Virus record (IMG/VR): IMGVR_UViG_3300046787_000408
Location: 1 to 64,000 of that record
Direction: 5' to 3' (one strand)
Length of the DNA: 64,000 nucleotides
Shown here: piece after piece, positions 37,693 to 48,200 of the stretch
Position numbering within the stretch: position 1 is the stretch's first letter
Layout: each line of letters begins with the position of its first letter
Position numbers and translations under genes: made by a program
The notes under the pieces: generated by a model
Seen by the model: the letters and a program-made list of their open reading frames with translations, nothing else
The model's database searches: none
Told to the model about the DNA's origin: nothing

Positions 37693-38439
37693 ATGAACAA
37701 ATACACTCGTTGGTACAACCAAATAGTCAAAAACGCTCAAACTCGTGTAACAGAAGGGTATGTTGAACGTCATCATATACAACCACGTAGTCTTGGCGGA
37801 GCAGATACACCAGACAATCTTGTTGAACTGACTGCACGTGAACATTTTGTTTGCCATTGGTTGTTGACCAAAATGACCACAGGTGAAGATAGATACAAAA
37901 TGCTAAATGCACTGCGAATGATGCGAGCAGAAAAAGAAGGTCAGCAACGTTATAACACTTCAATAACTAGCAGAGTATATGAAAGCATCAAACAAGAATA
38001 TGCAGAGCTACAGTCAATCTTGCGTTCTGGCGAAGGCAACGGATTCTACGGTAAAACACATACTGATGAAGCTAGGCGTAAGATAAGTGAAGCCAATAAA
38101 GGCCGTATCCAACCGCCTGAAGAAAAAGCAAAACAGATAACGGCTATCACTGGTCGAAAACGTGCTCCGTTTTCAGACGAGTGGCGTGCTAAAATGTCTG
38201 CTTCTAAATTAGGCGAAAACAACAATAGATATGGCGTTGAGCTCAGTGATAAAACCAAACAAAAAATACGAGAGAAAGCAACAGGCCGCAAACAGTCAGC
38301 AGAAACAATCCAAAAGAAAGCAGATGCTATTCGTGGAATCAAAAGAGAGAAAAAGCTGTGCCCTCACTGCGGCCAAATGATTGCTGTGAACACATTCTCC
38401 CGTTGGCACGGTACCAACTGTGTTGCCGTCAAAGTTTGA
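37693..38439 (+). CDS. Free-standing HNH homing endonuclease with NUMOD3-type repeats
   Basis: ERHHIQPRSLGGAD...NLVELTAREHFVCHWLL; FYGKTHTDEARRKISEA-type repeats; terminal CPHC. Start moved to ATG 37693, after the promoter. Confidence 0.9.
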   Translation: MNKYTRWYNQIVKNAQTRVTEGYVERHHIQPRSLGGADTPDNLVELTAREHFVCHWLLTKMTTGEDRYKMLNALRMMRAEKEGQQRYNTSITSRVYESIKQEYAELQSILRSGEGNGFYGKTHTDEARRKISEANKGRIQPPEEKAKQITAITGRKRAPFSDEWRAKMSASKLGENNNRYGVELSDKTKQKIREKATGRKQSAETIQKKADAIRGIKREKKLCPHCGQMIAVNTFSRWHGTNCVAVKV

Positions 38440-38959
38440 ATCTTGACCGGGGACCTAGAACTCTGGTGTCATTTGATCCGGGGTTGGGTACTGGTCGTCC
38501 CTGCTGATTCACATAAAAACTCACGATGTCCCCGGTGGCAATACTGTCCCAGAGTCGTGACGCACCTTGAGTGTGTTCATCTGTTACAAACACCCAAGGC
38601 CCGCCACGCAGGAATGTGGTGTATGCCCGTGTGCTGATGCCTTGTCGCTGTGCTTCAGGGGCCAGGGCCATGTGTGGAGTCACTGCTCGTATTCCGGGCT
38701 GGAGAACTTTTATGCGATCACCAGTGTCTTCTATGGTAAACAGTCCCACGCACCGTCCAGTTTGCTTGTGGTATAGATAGTAGTCATGATAGTTTTCAGC
38801 TTGTTCGTAGCGCACATCAAAGTCAGCTAGAGGAGTTTTGACCGGTTTCAGCTGAGACTTTTTGCGATCACCACGCTGAACTGACGTCATGGGATCATAA
38901 CTTCTAAGCAGTCTGTATTCGTCCACTATTTGTTCGGGTATAACATCTTCAATCAGCAT
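38429..38959 (-). CDS. GNAT-fold protein
   Basis: LAPEAQRQGISTRAY acetyl-CoA-binding-like motif; HTQGASRLW; TAAATA 4 nt before the ATG. Confidence 0.55.
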   Translation of the reverse strand: MLIEDVIPEQIVDEYRLLRSYDPMTSVQRGDRKKSQLKPVKTPLADFDVRYEQAENYHDYYLYHKQTGRCVGLFTIEDTGDRIKVLQPGIRAVTPHMALAPEAQRQGISTRAYTTFLRGGPWVFVTDEHTQGASRLWDSIATGDIVSFYVNQQGRPVPNPGSNDTRVLGPRSRFKL

Positions 38960-38977
38960 GTGTTATTTAGTGGCCGT

Positions 38978-39024
38978 AAAAAATCCGCACATCCTGACGG
39001 GTCAATTCAGGAGTGGTGCGGATT
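38978..39024 (-). terminator. Long hairpin plus U-tract (terminator, possibly of a small RNA)
   Basis: AATCCGCAC/GTGCGGATT with inner TCCTGA/TCAGGA, followed by a T run on the minus strand. Confidence 0.65.
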
Positions 39025-39071
39025 GAGTAATATAGTTTAACGACCTTGCTATTAGCGTTTATTGTAACATA

Positions 39072-40220
39072 TTAGACCTTGAACCACGAGAGATATTGGG
39101 AAACACGATCAGTCACACTGTTCCAGTCTCCCATGGCAGGTTGTCTAAACAATCTAGCAGTAGCATACCAAGGTGAATCATCTCGATTCAACAACCAACG
39201 CCAGTCAGTGCTGAACCAATTGAGCATGATCCAGACTGGTCTTCCTAAACTACCGGCCAAATGCGCTACTGCGGTATCTACACTAATAATCACATCCATG
39301 TGCATCATTTGTGCAGCAGTGTCGGCCCATTGATATTGACTAGGCGGCAAACAGTGTACTCCTGCTGCTTTTAATTCATCTTCTTCTTCAGCGGTACAAT
39401 CAGCCTGCAAGTTGATCCACTCGTGCTGAGGATTTTTACGTATCAACTCTAACATTTGTTCAAAGGGCATACCTTTGTGACGATTTAACCAGTTATCTCT
39501 ACGTCCACTCCAGCTAAACCCCACACGCATACGATGCTTGGGCCCAAAGTAGTCTAGCCATCTACGTTGCAGTCCTGCATCAGCATTAAGATAATTTACT
39601 GGACGAGGCATGTTGTCCAATGTGACTCCTAGTATACCCGGGATGCTCATGATCGGAGTCCAGTAATCAAAGTCGTTCACAGTGTAGTCATAACCGCTGA
39701 CTCTTTTAATAATTGGGCTGGCACTAAGCATAGGAACCAAACCATCTGTAACTTGCAAAATAATTTCAGCGCCCATCACATGCAGATTGTATACAAAACG
39801 CACAAACTGAATGTTGTCTCCGTGTCCTTGTTCGCCTACCACAAGAATAGTTTTGCCCTGAAGATCCTCACCGCGCCATCTTGGCTGTGTAAATGGTGGC
39901 ATTGTATTGGCTAGATGTTCATAGTCCCATCGAGTTTCGTATGCTGGCCATCCTTGGGCATAGTCTCCAGACAACAAATGAGCCACTGCAAGATTGAATT
40001 TTGCAGTTACATTGGAGGGTTCCAATTGAATAGCCCTTTGCAAAAACGGTATAGCTGCTTGGGGTTCTCCAACTTCTCGTAGCACATTACCGTAGTTGTT
40101 GAATGCAGCCGACGAATTGCGATCCTGTGCAAATGCCAAGGCGTAGCATTGCAAAGCCTGTTCGGGCTGATCATCGGACCGGTGTTGATTGCCTTGATCT
40201 ATAAGTTGATTTGTGTTCAC
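39072..40220 (-). CDS. TPR-repeat glycosyltransferase (GT-B, GT9-like C-terminus)
   Basis: TPRs (AFNNYGNVLREVG...), EQGHGDNIQFVRF, DVIISVDTAVAHLAGSLGRPVW, DWRW. Probable start is GTG 40220, 4 nt after TAAATA (40230-40225). Confidence 0.85.
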   Translation of the reverse strand: MNTNQLIDQGNQHRSDDQPEQALQCYALAFAQDRNSSAAFNNYGNVLREVGEPQAAIPFLQRAIQLEPSNVTAKFNLAVAHLLSGDYAQGWPAYETRWDYEHLANTMPPFTQPRWRGEDLQGKTILVVGEQGHGDNIQFVRFVYNLHVMGAEIILQVTDGLVPMLSASPIIKRVSGYDYTVNDFDYWTPIMSIPGILGVTLDNMPRPVNYLNADAGLQRRWLDYFGPKHRMRVGFSWSGRRDNWLNRHKGMPFEQMLELIRKNPQHEWINLQADCTAEEEDELKAAGVHCLPPSQYQWADTAAQMMHMDVIISVDTAVAHLAGSLGRPVWIMLNWFSTDWRWLLNRDDSPWYATARLFRQPAMGDWNSVTDRVSQYLSWFKV

Positions 40221-40260
40221 TGAATATTTAATGCTGCGGTAGTTGTAGTGTAGATTTTCA

Positions 40261-40358
40261 TAAATACTTGTCAACACAATCAGGTGTTTTATGCTGGGAC
40301 TAACTACCCACAGCGTAGCGGCTAGAACCCGCATCGGACTTCTTTAAGGAGAAAACAA
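40261..40358 (+). promoter_or_regulatory. Late promoter and ~90 nt structured 5' leader
   Basis: TAAATA 40261-40266; stems AACAC/GTGTT, TGGG/CCCA, GCGG/CCGC; TAAGGAG RBS. Confidence 0.55.
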
Positions 40359-41060
40359 ATGGGTCGTCCTCTAAAAATTAAAAAATCTACCACTAGCGAT
40401 ATTGGTTTCAATCCGTTCAGCGCACTAACAAACCCAGTATATCCATCAACTCCTACTGTGTTTGATGGTACTGAGTATTTGGGTGTTGTTGGTGGTGCCA
40501 ATGCCAACGTAGCATCTACTGCATTTCCAGTAGTCAAGTGCCGTGCGTTTATCGCAGGTACAAGCGCAGAAGATGATGCATACATCATCACACAAAAAGG
40601 CACAACCAAGTATCAAGTGGCTACAGTAAGTGCTATCAATGACGAAGACATTGTGGCCGGACGTGCATACAGAATCTTGGCAGTGGGAACTACCAACTGG
40701 GCAGCCATTGGAGCCAGCGGTTCCGCTGCGGTAGGCGATGTGTTTACAGCCACAGGTGCTGGTGCAGGTACAGGTACTGTGCAAGCAGTGGGCACATGTA
40801 TTCTAGCCAACCAAGCTGATACTGCATTGACTTCGGGCAACATGAACATCACATTCAGCACTGGCGACAGTACTGCTCAATTGATCAGCAAGCTGACCAA
40901 CAAGTTTGCTTTGGATTACAGCACACCGCCAGTTCGTTATTTGACCAACTTCTTCAGTGACGAAGGTTACGAAATCAAGTCAGGTACCACTGGTGCCGCC
41001 AACGTAACCGGACAACAAAACCAAGTTAGCTTGGCAATTGTAGAGAACTTTACTTCGTAA
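40359..41060 (+). CDS. Putative virion structural protein
   Basis: 233 aa, Thr/Gly/Ala-rich, own late promoter, strong RBS and terminator. Confidence 0.65.
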   Translation: MGRPLKIKKSTTSDIGFNPFSALTNPVYPSTPTVFDGTEYLGVVGGANANVASTAFPVVKCRAFIAGTSAEDDAYIITQKGTTKYQVATVSAINDEDIVAGRAYRILAVGTTNWAAIGASGSAAVGDVFTATGAGAGTGTVQAVGTCILANQADTALTSGNMNITFSTGDSTAQLISKLTNKFALDYSTPPVRYLTNFFSDEGYEIKSGTTGAANVTGQQNQVSLAIVENFTS

Positions 41061-41075
41061 TATCTCCCAACTCCA

Positions 41076-41109
41076 AATCCTCTCAGCTACATACTGGGAG
41101 GATTTTTTT
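41076..41109 (+). terminator. Rho-independent terminator
   Basis: AATCCTCTCAG-ctacata-CTGGGAGGATT followed by a T run. Confidence 0.75.
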
Positions 41110-41694
41110 ATGAGCAGAGCATTTGTATTGGGTAATGGCGTAAGCCGACAACAGATTGATCTAAACAATCTACGACATTTGGGCAAGATTTATGGGTGCA
41201 ACGCCCTGTACAGAGATTTTGTTCCTGATGTGTTGGTCAGCACAGATAAACCTATCAGCACTAGAATACAAGATTCGGGATACGCTCATAACAACAGATT
41301 TTACACTCGACGCCCTGAACCTGGGAATGGTGCTCATCCTGTTCCACAAAAGTACTATGGCTACAGTTCAGGGCCCATTGCTGCTAGCATTGCAGCAATA
41401 GATGGCGCTGTAATAATTTATCTTGTGGGTTTTGACATGGGCCCAGTCAATAGCCATTTCAACAATGTGTATGCTGATACTGAATTTTACAAAAAAAGCT
41501 CAGCTCCGCCTACTTTTACTGGTAATTGGGCCAGACAACTAACACAAATCATGCGTGATTTCCCCAACACGGCTTTTGTAAGGGTAATGGGAGATACCAC
41601 AGCACCCGTTGATGATTTTTCTAGCTCACGAAACTTCAGAACCATGCCCATGGTGGACTTTCAAAACCGTATAAATAACACAAAGGATCTTTAA
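41110..41694 (+). CDS. Maf/DUF115-like (sialyltransferase-like fold) protein
   Basis: AFVLGNGVSR, IYGCNALY, PDVLVSTD, SSGPIA, IYLVGFDM. Confidence 0.6.
   Translation: MSRAFVLGNGVSRQQIDLNNLRHLGKIYGCNALYRDFVPDVLVSTDKPISTRIQDSGYAHNNRFYTRRPEPGNGAHPVPQKYYGYSSGPIAASIAAIDGAVIIYLVGFDMGPVNSHFNNVYADTEFYKKSSAPPTFTGNWARQLTQIMRDFPNTAFVRVMGDTTAPVDDFSSSRNFRTMPMVDFQNRINNTKDL
41670..41677 (+). promoter_or_regulatory. Late promoter TATAAATA for the first fibre gene
   Basis: Exact consensus, followed by AAAGGA RBS and ATG 41695. Confidence 0.75.
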
Positions 41695-44499
41695 ATGTCT
41701 ACCTACAAGCGTGTTAACGGCGATTATACAATTCAAACACTTGGTGCAAACACCATCACCTTTGCAGGTAACGTTGCTAACGCAGTCACAGTTGTGGTGG
41801 ACGGTAATTTCACAGTAACTGGCAACGCTACTTTGACTGGTAATATTTCCGGCGACAAACTGTTTAACGGAACAACGTCAATTGAAATCCCCGCAGCCAA
41901 CGGCAACGCTAATGTAACAGTAGGTGGCACATCTAACGTAGCAGTGTTTACCACAACAGGCCTTAACATCAGTGGGGTAGCCAGCGTAAGTGGCAACATT
42001 GTTGGCGGCAATCTTAACACAGCTGGCCTGGTGTCAGCTACTGGTAACATCAATGGTGGGAACGTTAACACCGCAGGTAATGTAACTATCACACGTGATG
42101 CTAGTGTGAGTCAACCAACAATACGATTTGCAGACACAGACACTACTGGTACCGCAGGCACAGTGCTAGGCGCAGTTGAATGGTTTACTAGTGATGTTAC
42201 CGCTGCAGGCGTGACCGCAGCAATTAGAGCAACACTGGTTGACACTGGCGGAAACAGTAACGTACAAATTTTAACAGGAACTCCGGGTAGTCTTGCAGCC
42301 AGAGTTACTGTATTGCATACAGGAAATGTGGGTGTTGCTAACGCAGCCCCAGACACCACAATAGGAGTTACTGGTACAGCGTACATAAGTGGTAACACCA
42401 CAGTTGCAGCCAATATTTCAGGTGGCAACATTTCCACAGCTGGATTAATCGCAGCAACAGGCAATATCACTGGTGGTAATATCAACACTGCTGGCCTGGT
42501 AACAGCTACTGGTAACATTACTGGTGGCAACATTATTACAGCAGGCACAATTTCTGCTGGTGCAGCTGGAATAACAGCCACTGGCAATATTCGTGGCGGC
42601 AACTTGGTAAGTGACGCTGCAATTACTGCTACAGGTAGCATTGCGTCAGGCGCTAGTATAACAGCCCAAGATCAAATCAGCGCACAAGGCAACGTGATTG
42701 CTAACAACATCAGTGCTGGTAACATTATCAATACTGGTATTCTAAATGCCACCAGTAACGTTAGCGCAACTGGCAACGTTACTGGATCAAATTTGGTAAC
42801 TGGTGGCGCAGTTACAGCAGTAGGTGCAGTCACAGGCGGAAGTATCACTACAGGCGGATTGATAACTGCTACAGGCAACATTACAACCAGCGCATTTTTT
42901 GTAGGCGATGGTGGATTTTTATCCAACGTTACGGCTATCTCAAACGTTACCACAAGCCAGATTACTAACGGTACCACAGTAATGGCCGTTGCAGGCCCCA
43001 ATGGCAATATTTTTGCTACAGTCAATGCTGTGGGAAATATTTTGGTATTGTCTGACACTGGTGCTTTTGTTACTGGCACATTGTCAGCAACTGGAAACGT
43101 AACTGGTGCCAATGTTAATACTGCAGGATTGGTCAGCGCAACAGGAAACGTCAATGGTGGAAACGTTAATGGTGGCATTGGTAACTTTACCACTGTGATT
43201 GGTGCAGCAAATGCATCCAGTTTGACATCAGGTACTGTGTCAGCTGACCGACTAAGTGGCAGTTATGTGATCAACGTTACTGGTAACGTGAGTGGTACAG
43301 CCGCTACAGTAACCAATGGTGCTCAAGCCAACATTACTTCAGTAGGCACATTGACTTCTTTGAGTGTGAGTGGCAACATCAACACTGGAGGGGTATTCAG
43401 CGCAACTGGTAATATCACTGGTGGAAACGTCAGCACTGGCGCATTGAGTTTGAGCGGCAATGTACTAAGTGCAATCAACACTACTAGTGCAATTACTACC
43501 ACAGCCAATATCACTGGTGGCAACATCTTGGGCGGTGCCAATGTAAACGCTACCACTCATACAGGTACTACAGTAAGTGTTACTGGAAATATCACTGGTG
43601 GCAACTTGATTACCGCTGGGCTTGTGAGTGCAGGTACAACAATTAGTGCTACTGGCAACATTACCGGTGGTAACTTGATTACTGCAGGATTGATTACGGC
43701 AACTGGTAACATCAGTGCAACTGCTAACATATCAGGCGGCAATATTAGAACAACAGGTACAACTAATACTGTTGGCTTGATTGCTAGTGGTACAATTAGC
43801 GCTAGTGGTTCAATTAGTGGAGCTGACCTACTTTTGGTTGACGGTGTTGCAAACATTGGCGGTTTCATAATTGATAGTAGTGCAACACCTACTGGGCCAA
43901 CCTTTATGTCTGGGCCTGGTGGTAACCTTGAGATTGTTGGGAATGTTTCTGCTGATCGACTTACTTCTGCGGGTAACATCACTGGCGGCAATTTAATCAC
44001 CAGTGGTACTACAGGCATTTTGAGTGTTAACAGTATCACTCACACTGGCACAAATGCAGTGGGTAATATTGGTAGTGCCAGCAGTTATTTCAACCAGGTG
44101 TTTGCCACAGCTACCACTGCACTTTATGCTGACTTGGCAGAAAAATATGCAGCAGACGCTGATTATGAACCAGGTACTGTGGTAAGTTTTGGCGGCACAG
44201 CAGAAGTCACCGCCAGCGTAGTCAGTGCTGATCGAAAAATTGCTGGTGTAGTATCTGCTAACCCTAGCTATTTGATGAACGCTGGACTTGAGTCAGCACA
44301 TACTGTTGTGGTTGCACTGCAAGGTCGTGTGCCATGCAAGGTGGTTGGTACAGTTCAAAAAGGCGATATGATGATATCAGCTGGCAACGGCCGAGCACAA
44401 GCCTGTGAAAACCCACTAGTGGGATCTGTGATTGGTAAAGCCCTGGAAAACTTTGATGGTGTTGAAGGCACAATTGAAGTTGTAGTAGGCAGAATCTAA
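41695..44499 (+). CDS. Tail fibre-like protein with TGNITGGN repeats and a C-terminal intramolecular-chaperone-like domain
   Basis: Many ATGNITGGNI repeats; C-terminal ADLAEKY...YEPGTVV...GVVS..P...VALQGRVPCKV...IGKALE. Confidence 0.8.
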   Translation: MSTYKRVNGDYTIQTLGANTITFAGNVANAVTVVVDGNFTVTGNATLTGNISGDKLFNGTTSIEIPAANGNANVTVGGTSNVAVFTTTGLNISGVASVSGNIVGGNLNTAGLVSATGNINGGNVNTAGNVTITRDASVSQPTIRFADTDTTGTAGTVLGAVEWFTSDVTAAGVTAAIRATLVDTGGNSNVQILTGTPGSLAARVTVLHTGNVGVANAAPDTTIGVTGTAYISGNTTVAANISGGNISTAGLIAATGNITGGNINTAGLVTATGNITGGNIITAGTISAGAAGITATGNIRGGNLVSDAAITATGSIASGASITAQDQISAQGNVIANNISAGNIINTGILNATSNVSATGNVTGSNLVTGGAVTAVGAVTGGSITTGGLITATGNITTSAFFVGDGGFLSNVTAISNVTTSQITNGTTVMAVAGPNGNIFATVNAVGNILVLSDTGAFVTGTLSATGNVTGANVNTAGLVSATGNVNGGNVNGGIGNFTTVIGAANASSLTSGTVSADRLSGSYVINVTGNVSGTAATVTNGAQANITSVGTLTSLSVSGNINTGGVFSATGNITGGNVSTGALSLSGNVLSAINTTSAITTTANITGGNILGGANVNATTHTGTTVSVTGNITGGNLITAGLVSAGTTISATGNITGGNLITAGLITATGNISATANISGGNIRTTGTTNTVGLIASGTISASGSISGADLLLVDGVANIGGFIIDSSATPTGPTFMSGPGGNLEIVGNVSADRLTSAGNITGGNLITSGTTGILSVNSITHTGTNAVGNIGSASSYFNQVFATATTALYADLAEKYAADADYEPGTVVSFGGTAEVTASVVSADRKIAGVVSANPSYLMNAGLESAHTVVVALQGRVPCKVVGTVQKGDMMISAGNGRAQACENPLVGSVIGKALENFDGVEGTIEVVVGRI

Positions 44500-44553
44500 T
44501 CTTTTGACACCGTAAGCGCAGTTTTTGCTGAATTAGTAGATAAAGTCTTTTGG

Positions 44554-44559
44554 TAAATA
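44554..44559 (+). promoter_or_regulatory. Late promoter
   Basis: ggTAAATAc followed by GAGGA RBS. Confidence 0.65.
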
Positions 44560-44581
44560 CAACCAGAGGACTTGAATCTAC

Positions 44582-45199
44582 ATGACACAACAGATCATTG
44601 ATGTTGGCGCTGCGGCCAACGACGGCACAGGTGAACCGTTACGTACCGCATTTGAAGCTGTAAATTCTAATTTTACAGAAATTTACACGGCTGGTCCAGT
44701 TGGTAGCAATATCCAAATTGCCAACAACACTATCACCACCACAGTTACAAACACCAACCTGGTACTAAAACCCAATGGTATTGGCGTTATACAAGCCAAC
44801 GCCGCAGTGCTGCCCAGTATCGACAACGTGTACGACATTGGTAGCCCGACTCTGAGATTTGACACTATCTATGCTGGTTACTTTGTGGGTAACGGTGCAT
44901 TGCTTACTGGTATCTCAGGAGGCTCAGGAAACGGCCAGGCAATCGTCAATGGCAACTCCAATGTAGCAATCTCCACATCCGGCGGCAATGTAACCATTGG
45001 TATCAACGGCACCGGCAACGTAGTTACAGTAAGCCAAACGTCACTGTTTGTCAATGGCGTAATAGCAACTCCTCGCACACTTTCTGCCAACATTGCAGTT
45101 CAAGCAAACGTATCTGCAATGATGGTAAGCCCATTAACAATCCCTAGTGGATTGCAAATTACCGTACCCAGCTCATCAACATTCAATGTGGTACCATAA
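44582..45199 (+). CDS. Fibre connector with a gp9/gp10-like N-terminal motif
   Basis: QIIDVGAAANDGTGEPLRTAFEAVNSNFTEIY matches the T4 gp9/gp10 N-terminal DGTG.LR....N.NF.E.Y motif. Confidence 0.75.
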   Translation: MTQQIIDVGAAANDGTGEPLRTAFEAVNSNFTEIYTAGPVGSNIQIANNTITTTVTNTNLVLKPNGIGVIQANAAVLPSIDNVYDIGSPTLRFDTIYAGYFVGNGALLTGISGGSGNGQAIVNGNSNVAISTSGGNVTIGINGTGNVVTVSQTSLFVNGVIATPRTLSANIAVQANVSAMMVSPLTIPSGLQITVPSSSTFNVVP

Positions 45200-45202
45200 A
45201 TA
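45197..45202 (+). promoter_or_regulatory. Late promoter
   Basis: caTAAATAt overlapping the stop codon, then AAGGA RBS. Confidence 0.6.
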
Positions 45203-45223
45203 TAAGATTAAAGGACTGAATAA

Positions 45224-48200
45224 ATGGCAATCGAACTCGACGGCACCACAGGCATAAGCGCATCAGGTAATATCCAGGCGGCAAACATAACCGCGAGTGG
45301 TAACGTCACTGCTACATATTTTGTCGGTAACGGTGCTGCACTAACAGGGATTGTGGCCTCAGCAGGCGCTGCTATCACCAACGGAACATCCAACGTCAGT
45401 ATTGGCGGCTCAGGAGCCAATGTAACTGTCAGTGTTGACGGTATTGGCAACGTGGCAGTTTTCTCTAAAACAGACCTAACAATTTCAGGAAACTTGTTGC
45501 CCACTGGCAACGTATCCAAGAACATTGGTAGCGCAACCAATGCATTCAATGACTTGTTTCTGGCCAATGGTACAATTTACCTTGGTAATGCTACAATCAG
45601 TGCCAATGCAACTTCTATTATCCTGACCAACGAGTCTGGGCAAACCACTGTACTCACAGGGTCAGGCACAGTGACTCCTTACGGCAACTCCAACGTGGCT
45701 ACACTGTTGGCTGGGTTTGGGTCAAACACAATTTCAACAACTGGCAACGTTACAGCAGGCTTCTTTTTGGGTGACGGTAGCCAACTAACAAACTTGCCAA
45801 GTGGCAATTATTCAAATGCCAACGTAGCTGCTTACTTGCCAACATATACAGGCAACTTGGTAGCATTGCAGGGCAACGTTACTACAACAGCCAACATTAG
45901 TGCTAGCTATGTTCTTGGTAACGGTGCTTTCCTAACAGGTATTTCAGGTGGCGGAACACCAACATCAATTGTTAATGGTACATCAAACGTAGTAGCAGCC
46001 TCAAGTGGCAACGTTACTGTGGGTGTAGCTGGTACAGGTGTTGCTACATTTGCTACCACAGGTGAGTATGTAACAGGCGTAATTAGTGCATCAGGTAACA
46101 TCACCAGTGGTGCTAACGTCAGCGGTAATTACATCTTAGGTAACGGCGCTTTCTTGACAGGTGTTGCTTCAAGTTATGGCAATGCAGATGTTTCGAGTTA
46201 TCTAGCATCTGGTACAGATACTGCTAACATTGTAACAACTGGCAATGTAACTGGAGGCAATGTTACAACTGCAGGATTGATCTCAGCTACAGGTAATATC
46301 ACTGGCGGCAACTTAAATGCTACAGGCCTGAGCCTGAGTGGTAACGTTGTAAGTGCAATCAATACCACAGCCAATATCACAACCACTGCCAACATTGCTG
46401 GTGGCAACATCCAGGGAACAACAGGGGATATACTCAATGTTACTAGTACAAACCTAACAGTTACAAATATCTCTGCACCAAGTTCCGGCAATATTGTAAA
46501 CATCGGTGCTGGCGGAAACAACAATCTTGTGGTAAGCAACGTGCTGGTGCAGGTGCAAAACGTTCCCTTGAGCGTAAATGGTAACGTAGTTGGTGGTAAC
46601 TTAACCACAGCTGGCCAAGTATCTGCAACTGGTAATATTAGTGCTGCTAATGTGGTAGTAACTCCTGGTGTTGGAACATTGGTACTTGGTCGAGCCACTG
46701 CCACTGGATCTCCAGGATTAAGTTCAACTACGTCTTTAACTTTTACAGCTAACCGAGCTGGCACCGCCAGCTCAATGGAATTGAGTGACAATGGCGTCTT
46801 GTCAGTTCCTGGTAACATTTACACTGCTGCCAACGTCAGTGGTGGCAACTTGATTACCACTGGTAATGTTAATGCAGCTTGGGCAAGTTTAGGCAACGTT
46901 GGTAACATCGCTGTATTGGCAGCAAACGCCCTTTTCCAAATTACCGCAAACGCAGCCAGCAACACTGCACCATATTGGACATTTAATACTGACGGCACTA
47001 TGTATGTGCCTGGAAATATTTCTGGTGACAATGGTGGTGCGTTGATCATTGATGGTAATGGCTTAGGGGAAGGCATCATCAGTTTGCCGGCTACAGCATT
47101 TGGTGGTGAGCAGATAGCTATTATCAACCAGTTTAGTCTAGGCAACGGTATTCGTTTGCAAACTAATGGCGGTAACTGGCACTTTAGCGACGCTGGTTCG
47201 CTAACTACCCCTGGGAACGTTACTGCTACTGGTATCTTAAGTGCAACAGGTAACATCATTACCACTGCTAATATTTCAGGTGGTAATTTGTCAGTAACCG
47301 GTGCATTTGCTCCTGCTAGTGTTGCTGCTACAGGAAACGTAGCTGGCGGCAACTTGACCACACAAGGCATTGTGAGTGCAGTAGGTAACATTGTAACTGA
47401 CGGATATTTTGTTGGTAACTTTGCTGGCAACATCACTGGTAACATTGTTGTGCCTGGCGCTAACACACAAATTCTCTTCAACACCAATGGTAATGCAGAT
47501 GCAGTTGGCGGATTAACTTACAACAAAGATTCTAATGTATTTGCTGTACTTGGAAACGTCAGTGCTCAAGGCAATGTAATTGCTGGTAACGTAAGCACTG
47601 TTGGCAATATCAGCGCTGGTAATATTTCAGTTACTAGCGCAGTTGCAGGAGCAACTGTTAGTGCAAGTGGCAACGTAACCGGCGGTAACATTAACACAGC
47701 TGGCCTGATCAGTGCTACTGGTAACATCATTGGCGGCAACCTAAGCGGCACAAATATTGTTGGTACGCTAACTACCGCAGCTCAAACAAACATTACGTCT
47801 GTTGGCACGCTGGGATCATTGGCAGTAACTGGTAACATTAGTGGTGGTAACTTGAGTGGTACTAGCATTGTTGGTACGCTGACTACTGCTGCTCAAACAA
47901 ACATCACATCAGTTGGTACCCTTGGTAGTCTAGCGGTCACTGGCAACATCGGTGGTGGCAACCTAAACGCCACAGGGTTGAGTCTGAGTGGTAACGTTGT
48001 AAGCGCAATCAACACCACAGCTAACATTACAACCACAGCCAATATCAGCGGTAACTTTATATTAGGTAACGGTAGTCAACTAACTGGCTTGCCAGCAACA
48101 TATGGCAATGCTAACGTAGCAGCTAACTTGGCAGCATTTGGATCTAATCCAATATTGACCACTGGCAACATCACAGGCGGCAACCTAAATGCTACAGGTT

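Noticed and set aside
40221-40334. ORF-track N-terminal extensions of the TPR-GT (also HNH 37669-37692 and NUDIX 61587-61718)
   Set aside because: They run through promoters or overlap other genes; the downstream starts fit the promoter spacing and domain boundaries.
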